Positions 22,855 through 34,838 of a DNA stretch of 40,217 nucleotides are shown in pieces (position 1 is the first letter of the stretch; each line of letters opens with the position of its first letter). Under the pieces are notes generated by a model. That model did not search any database. It was given only the letters and a program-made list of their open reading frames with translations, and had not been told where the DNA came from. The stretch comes from Piedraia hortae CBS 480.64 (taxonomy: Eukaryota). A program made the translations under genes and the position numbers. The stretch covers positions 248,001 through 288,217 of the forward strand of contig MU005975.1 of the NCBI GenBank assembly GCA_010093745.1, in the 5' to 3' direction.

Positions 22855-23215
22855 AGTAGCGATTTGGCTCCCGTGGGTGAGCGTGCGCAGCGACCCGAAG
22901 AGGACGGAGCGATAGGCGGAATCAGGGACAGGACAGATGTAGATGTATATGTGTCAAAACCGGTGTCGACATGACAGTGTGAAATGACAATCTATCTCTA
23001 TGGGGGGACGTCAGAATGAAAATTCTGTACCGGTGGGCCGGTGACGTCACGTCGTACACTAGCGGGGCGTATTCACCATGTCACATATGACATGACCCTG
23101 AGGGAAAACCTCTGTGAGGGAAAAACCTAGGGTGCAGCTGGTAGTGTAGGAGGTATCGCTGACTTGCTATGCAAGTGCCCCGCATAAGTGCTAGCGGCGA
23201 TGCTTGAATCCAACA
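22855..23215. mobile_element. Solo LTR family A, copy 2
   Basis: (A)GTAGCG...CCAACA, perfect TSD ACGCT (22850-22854 / 23216-23220). Confidence 0.9.
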
Positions 23216-24212
23216 ACGCTGACTTGTTCATTTCGCCGCCAACTTTAACGCTGGGTGAGTGAATCGGGCGACGCTAGGTCTTGATTGAGCGAGGTGCTGT
23301 AGCGCTGGACGAAAGAGCTTCTTTTGACGGATTCGGATGTGGTACAGACTTTCTCCAACAGTAGATGTTCCAATTCGCTCCCTTCAACCCTTCTCCCCCA
23401 TCATCAAGCGGCCAACAACAAGGCCTGCAGGTTGAAACTCCAGCTCGTTAGTCGACCTCCACTGCTCGCGACATTGATGACCAGGCCAACTCTATCCTGG
23501 AGCAACTGGTCAAGTTGAAGTGCAGAGCGCGAACAGCCGACAATTTTACCTTCTAGAAAAGTGATTGGCAGTGTCGCTACGTCCTCTCGCACTAGGTTTC
23601 CCGATTAACAGCGAACGGGAGACCAGATCTAAAATCGTGCCGACAAGCTGAAGATCTGGTGGGCTTGGGGTGACCACAACAGGCGTATACCTGGCTGAGA
23701 CTGGGAGGTAAACGTGGCTGGCGTCCCCACCAATACGTCTGACGACGCCTGCGCTTATTTTGCAAGGCACTAAGATGCCGCTTAGTTTCGTGAGCGTCCA
23801 CCCAGGTACCCCACGCTTCTAAAGAAAGTCTTTGGCCCAGCAGCGTCACTAAAGCAATGGCAGCCATAGACGAAGTTGGCAATGAAGCCGGGGCTGATGA
23901 CGGCAACGCCGGCACCAACGGCGCGAATGACCAGGCTCCTCAATCGTCTACACCCGCAACGAGCGCGCGACCATCACGGACGCGCACGCATGGGAAAGGT
24001 GGCAACATCGCCTAGCAGCGGCTTCTGGGCAGACACATAGGGCTGCTCCATAGCTTCGCCGATGTAAGAGACCACATTTGTATTTGGGACCGCAACTGAT
24101 CATTTCAAGGCCGTCTCCACACCTCCCCCAGCTTCGGAAACAGTGGCCGGGAGGGCTTTAGCAAGGATAAATACACTGCCCAAGATGAGTCAGGTACCGG
24201 ACTACCTGTTTC

Positions 24213-24532
24213 TATCACTGGTGTGGACAGGAAACAGCGATAAAAGAAAGACAACACGACTGCCCTCCCGTGCCGGCGGGCGGAACTATATATAAGAAAC
24301 TGTTCTAATAAGCAGCGGCACATCACAGGTGTGTCAGTATACACGCGTATCTAGAGCTACAAGAAAATTTCTGAGTACTCGAACCCTGGTCAGGGATGTG
24401 GGTCATCACCTGCGGATCGCTCCGTGGCGAACTGCACAACAGAAACAACTAATCTATCAGCGACAACAATATTGATCATACGATTGACATGCCGAGGCAC
24501 CGGCAAGGATCGACATTAGCCACCGCCTCGTA
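24213..24532 (+). mobile_element. Family B element, copy 4, interrupted by a family C solo LTR
   Basis: TATCACTGGTG...GCCTCGTA; flanks GTTTC/GTATC (4/5 TSD match); its two halves rejoin around 24301-24441. Confidence 0.88.
24301..24441. mobile_element. Solo LTR family C (141 bp), copy 1, nested in B
   Basis: TGTT...AACA termini, perfect TSD GAAAC; reverse-complement copy at 37060-37202. Confidence 0.9.
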
Positions 24533-24539
24533 GTATCAA

Positions 24540-25410
24540 AGACTGATGGATCATGCGTTCTCTGGTACAAGGCCGCCAGCATACCTGACAGCCGGCTGAC
24601 CGCCTACATTGCAAGGATTCTCCAGGAAGCTACGCCTCCCACCACCAATGAAATTCCGAATGTCGATACCAATAGTAATTAAGGTAAACCCAGATGATTT
24701 AAGTGGCCTTCACACCAATGATACGACGTTTCCGTCACTGAAAAGCATGAAATTACCATGAAATTGAGAAATGCTGCCTATTTCCCGCACTTTCATGTCG
24801 ATATTGTGAGCCACGCGTTGCTAAAAAAAAAGAAATGGTTTTGGTCATACGGCAATGATAACATGCTGTACATGCGCAAGGGTCAAGGTGATATCCCTTG
24901 GCTGCAACTGCAGCAACCAACAAGCACCCTAGTGGTATTCCCAATTGTTACCAAACCTTCCGAGGGCGTTCAATCCATACACGCCTGGCGTCCTCAGACC
25001 AAGAACAATCCTTGCCAATTGCTGTTCACAAAAGCGAAGGTGTTGGCTGCATTCCAGTCTTGGAGAAACCCCAGGCCGGACAAGATCATTACTAACGGAC
25101 GTTGACATGCAACCATGGGACATGTGGGGAAGGACAACGCATCATGCAGCTCAGAGAAATTGTTTCCGGGAGCCAAGTGACCAATCCTCGAAAGCTCCTG
25201 CCTCTCACGACGGAGTGCACTGCATGTGCTTTGCCAAGAGTAGGGTTTGCCCGTACAGGGGCGAGCGGGAAAAGGTTCACGCCCCGTTTGGAGTAGTAGC
25301 AATGGATGTCATTCACTTTGACGAAGCGTACAACGACCATCGATACTTGACCCACATTTGTGATCTCGCCACCAAATTACAGCAGTGCTTTCATCGTTTT
25401 CAGTGACGCA
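24540..25410 (+). mobile_element. Ty1/copia pol remnant (protease-adjacent region, GAG-pre-integrase, integrase N-terminus)
   Basis: KLRNAAYFPHFHVDIVS; R*HATMGHVG...CTACAL (HHCC zinc finger with W to stop); PFGVVAMDVIHFDEAYNDHRYLTHICDLAT (first rve Asp). Frameshifted. Confidence 0.85.
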
Positions 25411-25620
25411 AAGCGCCGTTATGGCGATCCACTGGAATGAAGTGAGGGGATGCGAGATTGGTTTATAGAATCTGGTTGGCGCAGTGGCTAGACACTCTTC
25501 ATTCCTTACGAACACTTTGGTCCAGTTACCATCCTGTCGTTATAACAAAAGTCAACTGACATAGCACATTTTGGGGGCCTTTTACACAACAAAGAAAGAC
25601 TGAGGATAGAGGAGTCGTTG

Positions 25621-25742
25621 AAATCTATCGGCTTGCTGCTGCATCATGTCGAAGTATCCACCAATGAGGGTGGCTTTCCCTATATCCTGATCCGGAAGCA
25701 GTTCCCAATTCGCGCATGCTTCGCCATTGTTATCAACAAGTC
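25621..25742 (+). mobile_element. Helitron/PIF1-type helicase C-terminal fragment
   Basis: Frame from 25621 reads ...EGGFPYILIRKQFPIRACFAIVINKS, matching the PIF1/Helitron motif PFxLxRRQFPIRLxFAMTINKSQG; truncated after NKS. Confidence 0.75.
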
Positions 25743-26199
25743 CACAGCCAACCAAGCATCATATCTTCAGCATATCCTCAGCATATGATGAAAATATGTC
25801 CACCCAAATGATATCATTATCATATGTTGTCTAAAATTCACGCGATATGACGAACATATCATTACGGGAAAGTGAACAACATTGGTGTTGAACATGAGAG
25901 GAGGGTTGCTTAAAGTGTGCAGACGTAACTAACGCGTCATAGCAGCTGAAAAAACGTTATGCTGTTGAGAAAATCAACTAATACGGCCGAGTTCAGGATA
26001 TCACCAGCATAAGCAGTCAAGAACCCACAAAATACGATGGACATAGGACAATGGGAAAGTGAATGTACTTGATATTGAGCCTGGGATCAAGGGTGCACCG
26101 TTGGTTCACAAATCGTGACATTGTTCCAAGACAATCTCTGGTGAAAAGGTCCACTGAAAAGGCCAAATCGTGACCCATTCTTGCAGCACACGGCATTAC

Positions 26200-27030
26200 C
26201 ACCATCAGGCAGCCCACGCCTGGCCTCTATACCCTGAGAATGAGACAGTTGGTAAACGCAAGCCAGAGGAAGAGTCAATAGCCTGATTATCTTTTCACAA
26301 AGAGAATTTTTGACACATCTTAAGCAAGTTTGATGGAAATCATAACAATTTGAGTGTGTATTGGAAGCATCTGAGGCAGAAGGGTCGATCTGTGCGATGC
26401 TGCTGTCCATGAAATCGATTCATACATTTGTCCACAACATAACGCTCCATTTGACATTTACAATCTACGTCCAACAGTCGTAATCCACATTCGCCCCCTC
26501 TGCAAAGTATGAAGCCTGGTTCCCGACTCCTTCCACACCAATCTTTGCGCTGATGCTGAACATTGAGTGTCATCAAGCGTCGGCTGACAGAAATCATATC
26601 CTGATCTTATGTAGCTGCGACAATGTTCGCCCTTACCATGCCAGGACTTCGCGCCGTTCAATGTGCGATATCACTCATCCATAGCGTAAACTAGATCCTT
26701 GCCCAGACGATGCAGACTGCCGTACCCAAAGCAAGGGGATTCTTCTCCGAAGCGCGGACGCCGAGAGTCAGTTGCATCATGAGTGCACATCGAATTATCA
26801 ACCTCCACCTTCCAACCCTGCTGCATTAAATCTTCGCACCTCCACCTAGTCTGCCAGGCGCAAAAGAATTTCTCAAGACCCTTGTCAGGCGTTTCCCACT
26901 CCAATTGCGGAGGGACGTAAGTGGCTTTGTGAAGGAAAGGGCCTGGGCTGTTCTCGTACACGATTCCAATCATGATCATAGATTTCATCAGTTGAGCTGG
27001 ATGTTTCCGTATGTACGTGTAGTTTACCAT
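26200..27030 (-). pseudogene. Unrecognised decayed coding sequence downstream of the NLR
   Basis: Consecutive same-frame ORFs 27030-26671 and 26661-26458 separated by one stop, plus overlapping fragments; no motif recognised. Confidence 0.25.
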
Positions 27031-27200
27031 TGTTCAACAACAGCACATGCTAATCTCACAACAACCTGACCCTCCTTCAGATGGCTTTTCGTTTATCTGT
27101 TCTCGGTTGAAGAACCTTCGTTTGAATGGCTTTCTTCTGGAGGGCCTTCTTCCTCTGATACGTCTTTTCTGAAGGACTCTCCTCGGTGTCACTATCATTT

Positions 27201-30200
27201 TCAGAGCGGCCGAAATGGAGGGGTTTTCATCCATTCTCTCGAACAGTAACAATTTTGCTGAAGCTCTCTTACTTTGACAAGCCACTCGCTTTTGAACCTT
27301 ATGACAGTCAATTCGTCCACAAAGGATCCTAATATCATGCAATGGTCCCAGGAGGCATGGAATGAGGTGTCGGAATCGATGGAGCAAATGAAGCAACTTC
27401 CGTAGCAGAGCATCGCATTCCCATGAAGACTCCAGGAGGGATCGAGTGCATTGGAATGCCCGTTATAAGCTGAATAATCAGGAAGCTGTGCTTCAAACCA
27501 CTGCCCTGTGGGAGGTTCTAGGTTCTGGTCGTCCTCCACATGATTTTCAAAGCATGGCGAAAGAACAACAGCCTTGCCATTTGGCCAATAGAGATCAAGA
27601 TCAAGCGTTTCGATTTTCGCTCTCCACCTCCATATGGTATTCATCCATTGCCCTGCTACTACAACTCTTCCTACAAGTGAAAAACGGAAAGTAGGAGGAA
27701 ACATAAGTCCCAGTATGATGGACTTTAAGTCACCAGTGCCGGCATCCCAGATCCGAACGGCATAGTTCTGATCTGAGGCAGAGCTTAACGTTGCCACGGT
27801 GAGTCCGTCCTCTGAAAAGACATTCGTCACAACCCGAGCGAATGGCTTATCATCAAATGAAACATGCTCATCGCATATTGCCATTGCATCGTCTCGTGTG
27901 GAACATGACGTCTGTTTTTCGTCCCTTGTATCCCAAACCCATACACTACCATCTTCATCACCAGATACGATGGTTGATCCATCTGGTGAAAATGTGACGG
28001 TTCTCAGCGCTGCAAGGTGCTTAGTGAAGATGGACTCTTGATTTCCTGTTTTTGCATTCCAGACTCGCACAGTGCGATCGTTCGACCCTGACGCTATTCT
28101 GTAACCGTCTGGAGAGAATGCCAGAGCAGTTACGCATGAAGAGTGGCCCTTCATACGCGATATCAGTATTCCTTGGTACGGATCCCAGAGCAACACAGAG
28201 TTATCGCGAGAGCCCGTGGCTAGCTTTCGTCCATCTTGTGAAAGCTTCATGACGGTCACCCAATCAGTGTGGCCCTCAAGCACCCTTCCTTGATAAGGTA
28301 CCTTCTCGATGTCAAGCAATTGCAACGGTACGTCTTCTGTTCCGATAGCGGTAGTATGGCCGTCGGCTAAAGCTGTCATGGCGGTTATACGTGAAGATAC
28401 TCTCTGGGACTGAAGGCACGAGCATTCGCTCAAGTCTCTTAGTGTCAAGTTGCCTTCAGGATCTCCGATCACGATCTTGTTACTGCCTGACGAGCATGCA
28501 ATAGCACTAGCCCTTTTGGCAATACGACGTACTCTGTATTTGCTCTTGCCCTCGACTAACACGATAAAACGGTCTTTCTTCACGAATGATATGACCAAAC
28601 CCTCTCCCCTTGGTCTGAACACCAGATGGGAAGGACTTGCGTAACCCTTAAACATTTAAGTTTGCGACCAAGTGTTTGTATCCCATACATGTACTGTGCC
28701 ATCTTCATGCCCGGAGGCAAGACGGCTTCTGTCCGGTGAAAAAGCAAGACATTGTACATGGCTCGAACCGCCTGGTAGTACAAACATCTCCTCTTTCAAT
28801 TGTGTAGACCAGACTCTCCCCGAATGATTGGACGATGTAAAGGCCAGCATCTTACCATCGGGCGAAAAGATGACTGGGGACTGCTGCCCGACGTTTTCAC
28901 TAATCCGAAAGCTCTCCTCATGGGTCTTCACGTCATGGAGTACGATGTTGCCTTCTAGCTCAAGAGCAACAAGTTGCAGGTCCGGAGTGATTCCAACGAT
29001 CGAGTCTGGATGGGTTCTCTTGTCAAACAGGACTTGTTTCGACTTTTTCTTGACGTTTATCATTCGTACACAGTAGGAGGAGATCAGCACCAAATCGTCT
29101 CCGATGGACGAAAAGAATACTTTGTGAACATGATCTTCAACGTCGTCGACACAGTACAGGCCTTCCATGGTATCGACGTCTGCATCCCACAGGCAAACGT
29201 AGCCATTGTTCAAGCTTGCTGCGACTGTGTTCCCTGCTTCCGATATAGCCACGCTGGAGATACCAGCGATAGTTGCTGTAAACTGGGTCAAATGATTCCA
29301 GTCCGGAGCAGGTGTGTGACGAATTTCCATAGACCGTTCAATTACATGTTGGAAACGGACTCTCAAAATGCTATCGGTTGGTGAGGAGACCAATGCTGTG
29401 AAGTATGTTTGAAGCGGGAAACTGCCAATGAAGACTGCAAAAGTCCGGAGCCACCGCTTGGCATCGTCCAGAAAAACTTTCAAGTCATGAGTTGGGTGTT
29501 CCTGTTGAAAGATCAACTACCCTGTACGCCAAATCATAAGCAGAGCGTAACATACCGAGAAAGCGTGCGTCAAAACCTGGTTTAAGATGCCACCTACATC
29601 CATCACTCTACCTAGCCAGCTCATCGTCTCAATCCAATGCAGGAAATGCGCCATCAGGAAGCCATCCACATTCTCAATCTCTTTAGAGCCTGGATTTGAT
29701 CTAATCAGATGGCTGGGCCAGTAGCGCGCTGCATACTCGACTGCTTCCGATACGTGCGCTCTGATCGTTTTCCGGCTGATGCGGGATCGGTTAGTTCCGG
29801 AACACATTGGGCCACACATACCGCCCTCAATGGCGCCCTCGGACATTCCGCGTTCAGCAAAGATACCGCGAAGGAGGTCCAGGCACTTGTCGAGCAGCAG
29901 CCGGTGGGTTTCTTCTTCATCAACCCCAAATTGGGCCCGGGCCTCGCCGTCCAGATCTACCAGAAATTCCCGAAACGACAGATGGTATGGAATGATGGGG
30001 TCGGAATTTTCGGCGGACACATGTAGAACTGAACGAAGCGGGTCAAGAACCTCCTTGACTTCACCCGACGAGCATTTCAGTAGCTCTGCAAGAGCGTTGG
30101 CAGAAAGCGGTGGATCCAGGAGGATGAGTGGCTTAACGATCTCACTGAACTGTTGCACCCTGTCAGGATCTTTTTTACCATGGGTGTCCAAGCAGGCATA

Positions 30201-32130
30201 GCGCAGGATAGGCAGATACGTCTTCTCCATATGCGATGAAAATTTCTGGGAGCCCTGATCTAGAATGATCTGCAGACGCCTGCGAGGGTTCCTATCGTCG
30301 ATAAATCTGCAGATTGTCGAAGCCACAATGAATACCGGCTTGGATCGATGAACTAGTGCCTCCATGTTGCTCTCACCTGGCCAAAAATTCCCGAGTTCTT
30401 CGCGTCGTCGACCGCCTGTGTTGTCACGGATCTGGGCCAGTTTAACATCAAAGAATTTGCGAAGGTCGTTTTCAATCGACCCCTCTTGCATATCATCCAA
30501 CTCCTTCTTCACGCAGAATTGGGGGTCCATGTTACCGATCACTGCTTGTGTGGTATGGTCAGGCCGAGTCGTGATCATAATTCGTATATTGATCGAACTG
30601 ATCTTGACCAGATTCGCGAGAAGTGGGAGAATTATCCGAATGCCCTCAACATCATCGCATTCATCGAGAGAGTCAATCATAAAAATGACTCGCTCAGTCC
30701 TCGGGCAGTGTTGCATAATTGACTCAAAGGAAAATTGGAGAAGCTTTTGAAATTGGTACTCCATACGAGCGCCAGCAAGCTCCGCGTCATCTCTGAGGGC
30801 AGTTGCGATGCTGATCTTCAGACTGGGCATCTTATGCGCTAGCTGCTTGGCCAGAGTGGGAACCAGGCACGCGATATTTCCCACGTTTTCCTGGTTGCGT
30901 TTGAAGAAAAAGCTGGCAACGACGCACTTTTCACCACCAACATTAGCCCCGTCGAGGTTACTAGCGACGGTACGGGCGATCGTCGACTTTCCAGTACCGG
31001 CCTTGCCGTTGAGCCAGATCATTTTGGGGTCGCCAGAATCCTTCGCCCAGTTCATAATATCCGCGAGGATATCGACGCGCGTACCATCCAGGCAAATACT
31101 ATCGCCGGATTTGTACGTCGCCTCGTCCGCTACTTTGAGCTTTGAGAAACTCAACGAGAGGTTGGCCATGTCGACCTTATCTTCAACTTTCTGGACCCCA
31201 CGCCTGAACTGAACTTCCAGATCGTCAATCTGTTGTTCCAATTTAACCCTCCATGTGCTCGTCTCGTTGCGGTCACAATCCCTCAAGCGATCTCGCACTC
31301 TCATGGACAAATCTTCGCAGCGTGTCGTGAACTCGGCGAACTCGTTACCGCCTAGAACTGCCTTCCAAAACCGTCCCAGAGAACCTGCGGCTTGCGTGAG
31401 AATGGCATTCGCCACAATGCGATAGACCTGGGCGTAAAGCTGGACGAGATCATTGCTCAACGCATCGGACAGCTTTGATGGCTTGAGCTTGCAGTACCAT
31501 TCATGATACACATTTAACAAACTGCCAGTGTACACAACCGTTTCAAGCACATCGATAAGCGCCTTCTGCTGCGCCTTATGCTGGACCGCAATCTGGAAAG
31601 CTCATGTTGGTTAAGTCCAGGACAAGCATTTGGTTACTACCTACCACAATCAGGGCATTTATCCCTGCCCATATCCCAGCAGTGGGCGTGGCTTGCATGC
31701 TGGCAAGCGCTTGTCCTGAGTCTCGGTAGTTGTGAAGACGGGCAAACGAACTTTGGAATCTTGTGATAAGATAGAGAGTTTTGTTATCTTCATCAAGCTT
31801 CTCAGTATTGGAGAGTTTCTTCGCGTTCTCCGTGATTACATCCAAGTCCTCAGTTCCATCGCCATCACTCTCCAGCTTCGATAGCAACACCTTACGTTCT
31901 GCCTCATTGAGTTTCTCGAGAATCAGATCACGCAGCTGATGCGGGTCTTTTGCATCTTTCAACGGCGATTGAACTGTCTGAGGAGTAACCGGTGATTTCT
32001 TGAGCCCTCCCGGCTAAGGGACGACAAGCGACGAGAGCCGAGAGTCACCCGAAACTGCATCACCAGGTCCTGACGGACGATGGGACCTGAACTTCTTCAT
32101 CCATCCGGAAAGCGAGTGCTCTTTTGGCAT
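27201..32130 (-). pseudogene. Fungal NLR (NACHT_N-like helical domain, NACHT NTPase, WD40 repeats; HET-E/NWD-type) with two in-frame nonsense codons
   Basis: ATG 32130 (MPKEHSLSGW); TAG 32016-32014; intron 31644-31593 (GTAGGT..CAG); CLDGTRVDIL, Walker A GKAGTGKST, Walker B IDSLDEC, YHLSFREFL; intron 29555-29502 (GTATGT..CAG); WD40 repeats (GHTDWV..LWD, GHSSCV..VWN); TAA 28658-28656. Confidence 0.9.
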
Positions 32131-32925
32131 ATTGGAGGTGTCGGAGGGGAGGACGACGTGCGGGGTTCGTTTCCATCACCTGAGCCCCGTTCAGCCTTGT
32201 ATGCACGCACATGCTCTGCAACAGCTCATTTGCGGGCAATTCTGCGCAACTATGACCGGAGTTCTGCTCATTGAAGCCTATGGAGCCTCCAATGGCGGGA
32301 ATACCTTTCATGAACATTGAGATCCATACACATCAACTTTCTGCACTATCTCCAAACGAATGGTGAGTCGCCTGGTTGCAGCGTGACGTCACTCTGCAGA
32401 TACTGTACTGTAATGTGCGACTGACCAATCGGATTACAGCATCCTTCCAGCTGTCTGCCGATTTCCCTTCTCAAGAACATTCGTGAATCCAAGATGAAAG
32501 CTTCGCACTAACCTACAAAGCCCCTACGTGGCCCTAAATCTAGTAACATCCATTTTGGTTGGTTAGGCAGAAATGTTCCGCGTTGTATCTGAAGCCAGGA
32601 TGTGAGATTTGTGACAGGTGTGACGTATGACAGTGTCTGGAAGGGCCGGAAGGGGCCGAAGGCAGGAGGATAGGAGGGAGATTCAAGGGAGATGGGGACA
32701 TCTGGGTACGTACGTGCATTAACACAGGGAGAAAGAGCTGATAGTAGTGCGTGATATCGTGGCTATGATGTCCACGACTATGGGAAGGGGGAGATGAGAG
32801 GAAGACTTGTGTATCAAGGCTGCTCCCACACTCCGGCATGACCCAAGCCGCATTCCGTGATGACTTCCTGTGATGTGACCGCAACCCAGCGGAAACATTC
32901 TCAGTGAGGTGTCCGGTGTCATACC

Positions 32926-33289
32926 TGTAACGATAGGACTCTCATGGATGGGAGTGCGCAGCGGCCCAAACTAAGAGGACGAAGCAATAGACGGAAATTG
33001 ACAACAGGGACAGGACAGATGCAGATGGATATGAACCAATACCAGTGTCTATATGACAGTGTGAATGACTAACTATATCTATGAGGAGACGTCAGAATGA
33101 AAATTCGATACCGGTGGGCCGGTGACGTCACGTCGTACGCTAGCAGGGCGCATTCGCCATGTCACATATGACATGACCCTGAGGGAAAACCTCTGTGAAG
33201 GAAAAAACCTAGGGTGCAGCTGAAAGTGCAGGAGGTATCGCTGACTTGTTGCCCCGCGTACGCGCTAGTGGCGATGCTTGAATCCAACA
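32926..33289. mobile_element. Solo LTR family A, copy 3 (no matching TSD)
   Basis: TGTAA...CCAACA, aligns with copies 1 and 2; flanks ATACC/CCATC do not match. Confidence 0.85.
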
Positions 33290-34353
33290 CCATCCACCTC
33301 CTCCGGCAGGCGTCTGACAAAGAGATCACGAAGTACTGTCATTCCAAACCATGCCTTGGATGTTCTATTTCTGTAGCACTACATACCCGCAAGACTTGAA
33401 CATCACATGTCAAATTGGTGGCATGAGACGCGAAAATGTGTTGTTTTGCCGCTTCATTTTGCCAAGCGCTAAGGAAGGACGCTAATCTTGTCCACCGCGT
33501 GCTTACCTCAAGCAGCAACTTTCTGTAATGCCTAAGGTTGGACCGGCCCTTGATGCCTGGGATCTGTACTTAAAAGCCCCACAATTTATTCCTATTTACC
33601 TTCTCAACAATTTTGCTCTATGTTAGTGTGAGTGTACTGACATACCACATGTGTATGCTCTTAGGGACGTCGTGTTCCTCAACGGATTAAAATCATGTCA
33701 TTCCCGCACACAAAATTCAACCGTCCTCGGAAGCATCTCAAACAAGGCTGCCAGCTACCGTTATTTTTGACCTCGATCAATCACCTCCATAACCCCAGGC
33801 ATGGAACTAAGTATCAAAATCCTCAATGTCAGATCTCAGTTTTGGTAATATGAATGACCATTACGCAAGACAAACCATCTTGATGCATATGCTAAGGCCC
33901 ACCCTGGACAGACAACCCTCGACAGACAACTCGGGAGAAACAGAGGAGGAAAACTTTTGCGGCCCCAATCACACTCGATTATTGCGAAGGCGTTCGACCA
34001 GGGTAGGGGATGGCGTTGTGAACATACGAGTTGTTGGTGATATTGCATCCTACAAGTTACGTTGCAAGTGCGTGGTTGTCAGAAGGTCTTAGATAGAGGT
34101 TGATGCTTGCCAGGGTTCTTACCTCTTAGGAGGATGTCTCCCCTGGGACGAGGCATGGTCCTGTTCATGCTCAGTGCATGCTCGCTGACCTTGTCTCGGT
34201 GAATGCGGCTAAACCTGGGTTAGCATGACGTGAAGTTCCGCATTTCACCTCACAAAATCACCTCAGCATACACATACACACACATAGCCAAACATTCAGG
34301 TGCCTCAAATACCATTGCCCACCAACTATTCTCACAATTATCTATACTGCATA

Positions 34354-34620
34354 CACAGCCAGCCCTGCGGAATATTACCGGGTTATTAAAGCGATATTGT
34401 GGTAATATTCCCCTCTCAAGTAATATTTCCATAATAAGATCAAAAATTGCAAGCTGCTAGAAAAAGTAGATTACAGACCAATATTATGAAGGCCATTGTC
34501 TCTGTGTGGCACAGAAATTTGATTATGAGATTTTCAGGTATATCCACACAAATGTGCACACTGCGAGATATTACCGTAATATTACCTTATTCGGGTAATA
34601 TTGAGTAAGAATAATATGTG
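34354..34620. repeat. Putative transposon terminus (CACAGCCA) with subterminal ATATTACC/GGTAATAT repeats in both orientations
   Basis: Motif copies at ~34372, 34401, 34420, 34568, 34579 and 34594, just downstream of the transposase 3' end. Confidence 0.55.
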
Positions 34621-34838
34621 AAAGAAAGCAAAATCAGAGCAGCCTGTTGATCAAAACATGACAAGGCTAGCTCTACAAGCGGCGGGGTGTTTGAAGGACG
34701 AGAAGCTTGGAAATATTCGTCATATCGAACAGCAGTGTAAGAATATTCTTAAAAATTGTTAGGATATCATCAGAACATCACCGCGTTAGCGAGGTAGCAA
34801 GAGTAGAAAAACAAACGGGCAGAATCCTCGTGTCGATT

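Noticed and set aside
28647..28688. 42-nt GTATGG...TAAG intron that would remove the NLR TAA stop
   Set aside because: It would delete the conserved VWD of a WD40 repeat and has weak splice signals; a nonsense mutation is more parsimonious. RNA-seq would settle it.
29502..29555. Apparent stop splitting the NACHT and WD ORFs
   Set aside because: It lies in a canonical 54-nt GTATGT...CAG intron, so it is not a lesion.
11378..32016. Genetic-code reassignment explaining recurrent in-frame TAG/TAA at Gln-like positions
   Set aside because: Conserved genes here end normally with TAG, TAA or TGA and have no internal stops; internal stops occur only in accessory or decayed loci.
31960..32130. Amyloid signalling motif at the NLR N-terminus with an adjacent HeLo/gasdermin effector
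   Set aside because: The N-terminus is S/P/K-rich rather than N/Q/G-patterned, and no effector domain is recognisable nearby.
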